Assembly (NCBI GenBank): GCA_036507075.1
Contig: DASXQR010000129.1
Span: 1-32,150, forward strand
Origin: Acidobacteriota bacterium
GTDB lineage: Bacteria; Acidobacteriota; UBA6911; JACQSX01
DNA length: 32,150 nt
Direction: 5' to 3'
In this document: in pieces, positions 28,346 to 32,150 of the stretch
Position numbering within the stretch: the first letter of the stretch is position 1
Layout of the letters: every line of letters begins with the position of its first letter
The notes under the pieces: generated by a model
Told to the model about the DNA's origin: nothing
What the model saw: only the letters and a program-made list of their open reading frames with translations
Database searches by the model: none
Position numbers and translations under genes: made by a program

Positions 28346-29431
28346 ATGGAAGTTCTTTTCCTCGATAACGAAACAAATTGGCGGGGCGGGCAGGAACAGA
28401 TATTCACACTGATCCGAGGACTGTACCAGGAAGGCCTGGGCGTGGCGCTCGCGGCGCCGTCCGGTGCCCCTTTGTCCCGCAGAGTGCGCGCTCTTGGAGT
28501 GACTCATTTCCCGCTGCGCTGGCGCGGTGAGATCAATCTCCTCAAAGCTCGCTCACTGATCCAAATTCTGCGTCGCAGACATTGGGATGTGATCCATTTC
28601 AACACTCCACGTGGCATTGCGACGGCCGCATTTCTCAGCCGCCGCGTGGGCATCCCGGTTCGGGTCCTTTCGCGCCGCGTGAATTTTCCTCTGCGCGGAC
28701 CGGTCAGCCGCTGGAAATACCTGTACTCGGCCGACAGGATCCTGACCGTTTCGAGCGGAATCACCGAAACGCTGATCCAGTCCGGCATCCCTGCCTCTCG
28801 CGTGGAAGTGGTCTATGAGGGCGTGGATGTTCGAGAAGTAGAAAACGCGGCGCCGGCGCGCCTCTATCCGCCCTCGGAGCCCGTGATCGGCTGCGTGGCC
28901 TACTTGAGCGAAGAGAAGGGCCATGCCACGCTGCTCGACGCACTTGCACTGTTGTTGGGCCAGCGTCCGGCCGCGCGTCTCGTGCTGGTGGGCGACGGAC
29001 CGCTGCGAATCCAGCTTGAAAGGCAGGCTCGGGCCCTGGGAATATCGGAACGGGTCCGATTCCTGGGGTTCCAGGAACACACTTCTCATTTCCTGCGCGG
29101 TTTTGACATCTTCGTTCTTCCCTCTCTATCCGAAGGCCTTTCTTCCGGTATCCTTGCCGCCATGGCCGCCTCGCTCCCCGTGGTTGCCAGCGACATTGGC
29201 GGCATCCCCGAGCTTGTCCAGCACCGTGTCACCGGCCTGCTGGTGCCACCCCGCAATCCGGAACCTCTGGCGGAGGCCTTGACAGAACTGATCGATAGCG
29301 CAGATCTTCGTCACCGCTACGGCCAGGCAGGACGAAGTCGGGTAATGAAGCACTTTACCCTGGAGCAAAAAGTAAAAAGAACGCTGGCCATCTACGAAGA
29401 GCTGCTCAATCCCCGGCGACATGCTGAGTGA
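28346..29431 (+). CDS. Glycosyltransferase family 4 (GT-B)
   Basis: WRGGQEQ, EKGHATLLDA, LVGDGP, FVLPSLSEGL...ILAAMA, DIGGIPE.V....TGLLVPP. The ORF extension from 28241 is repeat-derived. Confidence 0.92.
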   Translation: MEVLFLDNETNWRGGQEQIFTLIRGLYQEGLGVALAAPSGAPLSRRVRALGVTHFPLRWRGEINLLKARSLIQILRRRHWDVIHFNTPRGIATAAFLSRRVGIPVRVLSRRVNFPLRGPVSRWKYLYSADRILTVSSGITETLIQSGIPASRVEVVYEGVDVREVENAAPARLYPPSEPVIGCVAYLSEEKGHATLLDALALLLGQRPAARLVLVGDGPLRIQLERQARALGISERVRFLGFQEHTSHFLRGFDIFVLPSLSEGLSSGILAAMAASLPVVASDIGGIPELVQHRVTGLLVPPRNPEPLAEALTELIDSADLRHRYGQAGRSRVMKHFTLEQKVKRTLAIYEELLNPRRHAE

Positions 29432-29880
29432 GGAAATCAAGGCCCCGGCTGTGGCTATCGGATTTCGAGGACGGCGAACCGAAAGAGATTACCAGACGTT
29501 TGCGCCTTAAGTCACACGGATGCGTGAAGAGAGATCAGCACAGACGACATTTCTTCCATGAAATTAATCATTTCCCCCCCTGTTATTTCCCAGAATCTGC
29601 GTTTTCAGCCAAGCAGGGCTGTTGGATAAGATATATACGAATGATTCGGCAAAGACGAAGTCTCCATCGACCTGTGCTACCTCCCGTCCCCTCCTAAAGA
29701 TATGGCAAAAACGCCACGCAACCTCAACCCTGCGGGGATATTGAACTGTTCTATATCCAAAGCGATTCATGTGTAGTTCGAGAGATGACCTGAGCAGCAA
29801 AAATGCCCTCCCGTACCGGCGAAGGCCAAACGACGTTCCACCCGGCAAAATGTAACTGGCGCCTAGACAACTTAAGCTAT

Positions 29881-31665
29881 TTACGTGATCGCCTCCTGCC
29901 CGTACAGGGGCGGCTTACAGGTTGCGAGGAAAAACAGGGCCATTCCGATGAGGCTCGGCAGGAATAGTAATCTGTCGATTGATGACGCAACGTGCCATTG
30001 AACGTCATACGGTGTCACCAGAAAATTGAACAGCACAAAAACCAGGGATAATAGTATTATCGCCACTGCGGCCCAAGTAGCGCGAGATCTTCCCGTTTTT
30101 GAATATGCGAGGATCACGAGACCCGCCACAGCGAATACAAAGCCCTGCCAAATGACAGTTTCAGCGTTAAGATAGCCACCGGTCGTCAACACTTTCGAAG
30201 TTTCCGCCAACATTACCTTAAGACGATAAAGCAACTCTTGTGTGGTTTTGATCCGGTGGAAGGATGGATAGGTACCTGCCAATCCAATAGCCCTGCTCCA
30301 GAAAAGGTGTACGACAGCGGGCAAAACTACCATTCCCTCCAGAACCCTTTTGTAAGTGGCCCCACGCTCTGCAGCCCTCGTAACCAGGTCAAGTACAATG
30401 AGAATCACCAATGCGAAGATTAAACCTTCCAGTTTGGTAATTGCGGCAGCACCTGCTGCTACCAGGCCGATGCGTCGGGATCCCAACAGCAACCCGAAGA
30501 ACTCGCAGCCGAGCAGCAATGTAAGGATGCCATCGGCATAGCCGCCTGCCGTAAGTCTCCACATCAATAACATCCAGGTGACCGCGATCGCTGTGGCGGC
30601 ACAAGTACCTAGGCAGGCCATTGTTAAGCGCCACAGCAGTATCACGGCGGCTCCAAAACACACGCCGATACCGAGAGCAGCCATACGTTCGTTGAATGGT
30701 TCTGTTGCTGGGCTAAAGTATGCCAACAACGTAGGATAAAACAGAGGGTAATCTGAATGCGCCCATTGGCTGTCTTGGTGCAGGAGATCCTGTTTAAGCA
30801 TCATGCCAGCGTAGTGAAGTCGTTTGGCATGAAATAGCCAGACTGATCTGCCGTCCCAGAGCGTTATCGGACGCAGTGCGACCTGCCATAAGAAACAGCA
30901 TGTCATCGCCACGAAAATCCAACCGAGTGGTGTAAAGCGCTTGCCGTGAAATCGTTGAACCACCGTCCGAAGTCCCGCTGAGCGGAGGTAGCGTATGGCC
31001 AGCCACAAAAAGAAAACTACACCGACGACGGTAATGCTGCCCAGCTCTAGTGGGAATTGTATCCAGGTGGCAACCATTGCCAGCACACTGACCACAAAGA
31101 GACCACCCAAGATTGCTGCAGCAACGCGCACGATATAGCAGCCCATGTCCAGACGAAAGAACGCGAAGCCGCCTAGGCCGCTAAGACCGATTACGGCAGC
31201 AAAAAATGTCAGCCATGACAACCTGTAATTGGGCTTCCTCGATGCGCCCTGTGAAGGCGGCGGCGGTAGCCCTTCAGAATACGACAGGACCCACTTTTTG
31301 CCTGATGAGTCTTGGGCCAGTGGGATCATATTGGCGATTCGATATTCCGATTCCGTAAGGCACTCCAACAGCACTCGAGATCTGCGATCCACGATCCTGG
31401 GATACAGCGCTTCTGTCAATATAAGAACAAGATCGGACCGGACGCTCGGACCCAAAGCAATCGGAGCAGTAGACGGTAATACCTCATTCAACTTCGTCGC
31501 AATGTCATCGACAGGTACTCCTTGGAAAGCGAGCCGAACTCTCTTGGCTGCGAACGAGTCTCCTCTATCGCCAACTACATCGAGCCAATCTTTCCAGGGC
31601 GCCGCCCAGATGGACCAGGTAAAGAGGACAATCGCTCCTAACGCTCTTATGTTGCGAAGATTCAT
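29881..31665 (-). CDS. Polytopic membrane protein, possibly GT-C-fold glycosyltransferase-like
   Basis: 594 aa; N-terminal signal, ~120-aa soluble segment, then more than 10 TM helices with loops WDGRSVWLFHAK, HSDYPLFYP, GYAD, TKLEG, SIDRLL. Confidence 0.65.
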   Translation of the reverse strand: MNLRNIRALGAIVLFTWSIWAAPWKDWLDVVGDRGDSFAAKRVRLAFQGVPVDDIATKLNEVLPSTAPIALGPSVRSDLVLILTEALYPRIVDRRSRVLLECLTESEYRIANMIPLAQDSSGKKWVLSYSEGLPPPPSQGASRKPNYRLSWLTFFAAVIGLSGLGGFAFFRLDMGCYIVRVAAAILGGLFVVSVLAMVATWIQFPLELGSITVVGVVFFLWLAIRYLRSAGLRTVVQRFHGKRFTPLGWIFVAMTCCFLWQVALRPITLWDGRSVWLFHAKRLHYAGMMLKQDLLHQDSQWAHSDYPLFYPTLLAYFSPATEPFNERMAALGIGVCFGAAVILLWRLTMACLGTCAATAIAVTWMLLMWRLTAGGYADGILTLLLGCEFFGLLLGSRRIGLVAAGAAAITKLEGLIFALVILIVLDLVTRAAERGATYKRVLEGMVVLPAVVHLFWSRAIGLAGTYPSFHRIKTTQELLYRLKVMLAETSKVLTTGGYLNAETVIWQGFVFAVAGLVILAYSKTGRSRATWAAVAIILLSLVFVLFNFLVTPYDVQWHVASSIDRLLFLPSLIGMALFFLATCKPPLYGQEAIT

Positions 31666-31898
31666 TGCTGATATTCGATTACTGTCAAGTCTTACGAGCC
31701 GACCCGGGATGAAATCTGTTGACTCTGATGTATTCTATCTGATTAGACCGCAGAGGCCGTTGAGTAGCGATATGACTAATGCCAACTACGTCCGGACCAA
31801 TCGAGCTGCGGCCGGTCCAGAAAGAAACACGTTCGGGTGTTCCCGAGTCCGCCGGGCCCTGACAGACATTTTACCTAAGGCGCAGACGTCAAAAGCCA

Positions 31899-32066
31899 TG
31901 GGAGATTGAGGGTGGGAGATTGAGGGTGGGAGATTGAGGGGAGATTGAGTGCCTCTCACCACCGAGGGGGAGATTGAGTGCCTCTCACCACCGAGGGGGA
32001 GATTGAGGAGGGGGAGATTGAGTGCCTCTCACCACCGAGGATCAGAAATTCAATGGTGGTGACAGC
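31899..32066. repeat. Compound tandem repeat (14-bp x3, 29-bp x3) ending in a hairpin
   Basis: TGGGAGATTGAGGG x3 (31899-31940); GGGGAGATTGAGTGCCTCTCACCACCGAG at 31938, 31967 and 32011; TCACCACC can pair with GGTGGTGA at 32055-32062. Confidence 0.85.
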
Positions 32067-32150
32067 TTGAGTAACTCTCGTGCTCTTTGTGAGGTACCTT
32101 TTCGGCAGCTTTTCTGAGTTGATCAGACGTGGCGGGCTGCTCCGGTGAAA

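Noticed and set aside
29564..29848. 94-aa minus-strand ORF downstream of the membrane gene
   Set aside because: No recognisable motif or RBS; cannot be supported without a homology search.
31229..31909. 226-aa plus-strand ORF
   Set aside because: Mostly antisense to the membrane protein gene, with no recognisable domain.
31899..32040. CRISPR array
   Set aside because: The 29-bp repeats are adjacent with no unique spacers, and no cas genes are present.

Overview
Bacterial chromosomal window of moderately high GC. Gene content (CRTAC1/ASPIC + TPR pair, VirB10-like 'IPAGT' protein, PDZ-TM-GAF-PAS kinase) suggests Acidobacteriota, which is an inference. About 21 CDSs: an AMP-ligase/ACP/acyltransferase fusion, an ECF sigma/ZAS anti-sigma/Spy-CpxP-like triad, a TPR + CRTAC1 pair, a sigma54 two-component locus with a clear -24/-12 promoter, pta-eno-gpmI, three glycosyltransferases and an AT-richer polytopic membrane gene. 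Two things stand out. (1) A four-gene cluster at 9977-15453 (lipoprotein phosphodiesterase, farnesol-dehydrogenase-like SDR, fused VTE5/FOLK-like + DUF92/VTE6-like kinase, UbiA prenyltransferase) looks like a complete bacterial isoprenoid-alcohol salvage and re-use pathway. (2) Most intergenic spaces hold non-coding inverted-repeat elements, often nested and built from 7-bp tandem units. These include two ~250-bp copies of one conserved element 26 kb apart, three copies of a REP-like hairpin and GTAG-type REP doublets. No rRNA, tRNA, CRISPR array or transposase gene was recognised. All family calls come from motif recognition by eye; no searches were run.
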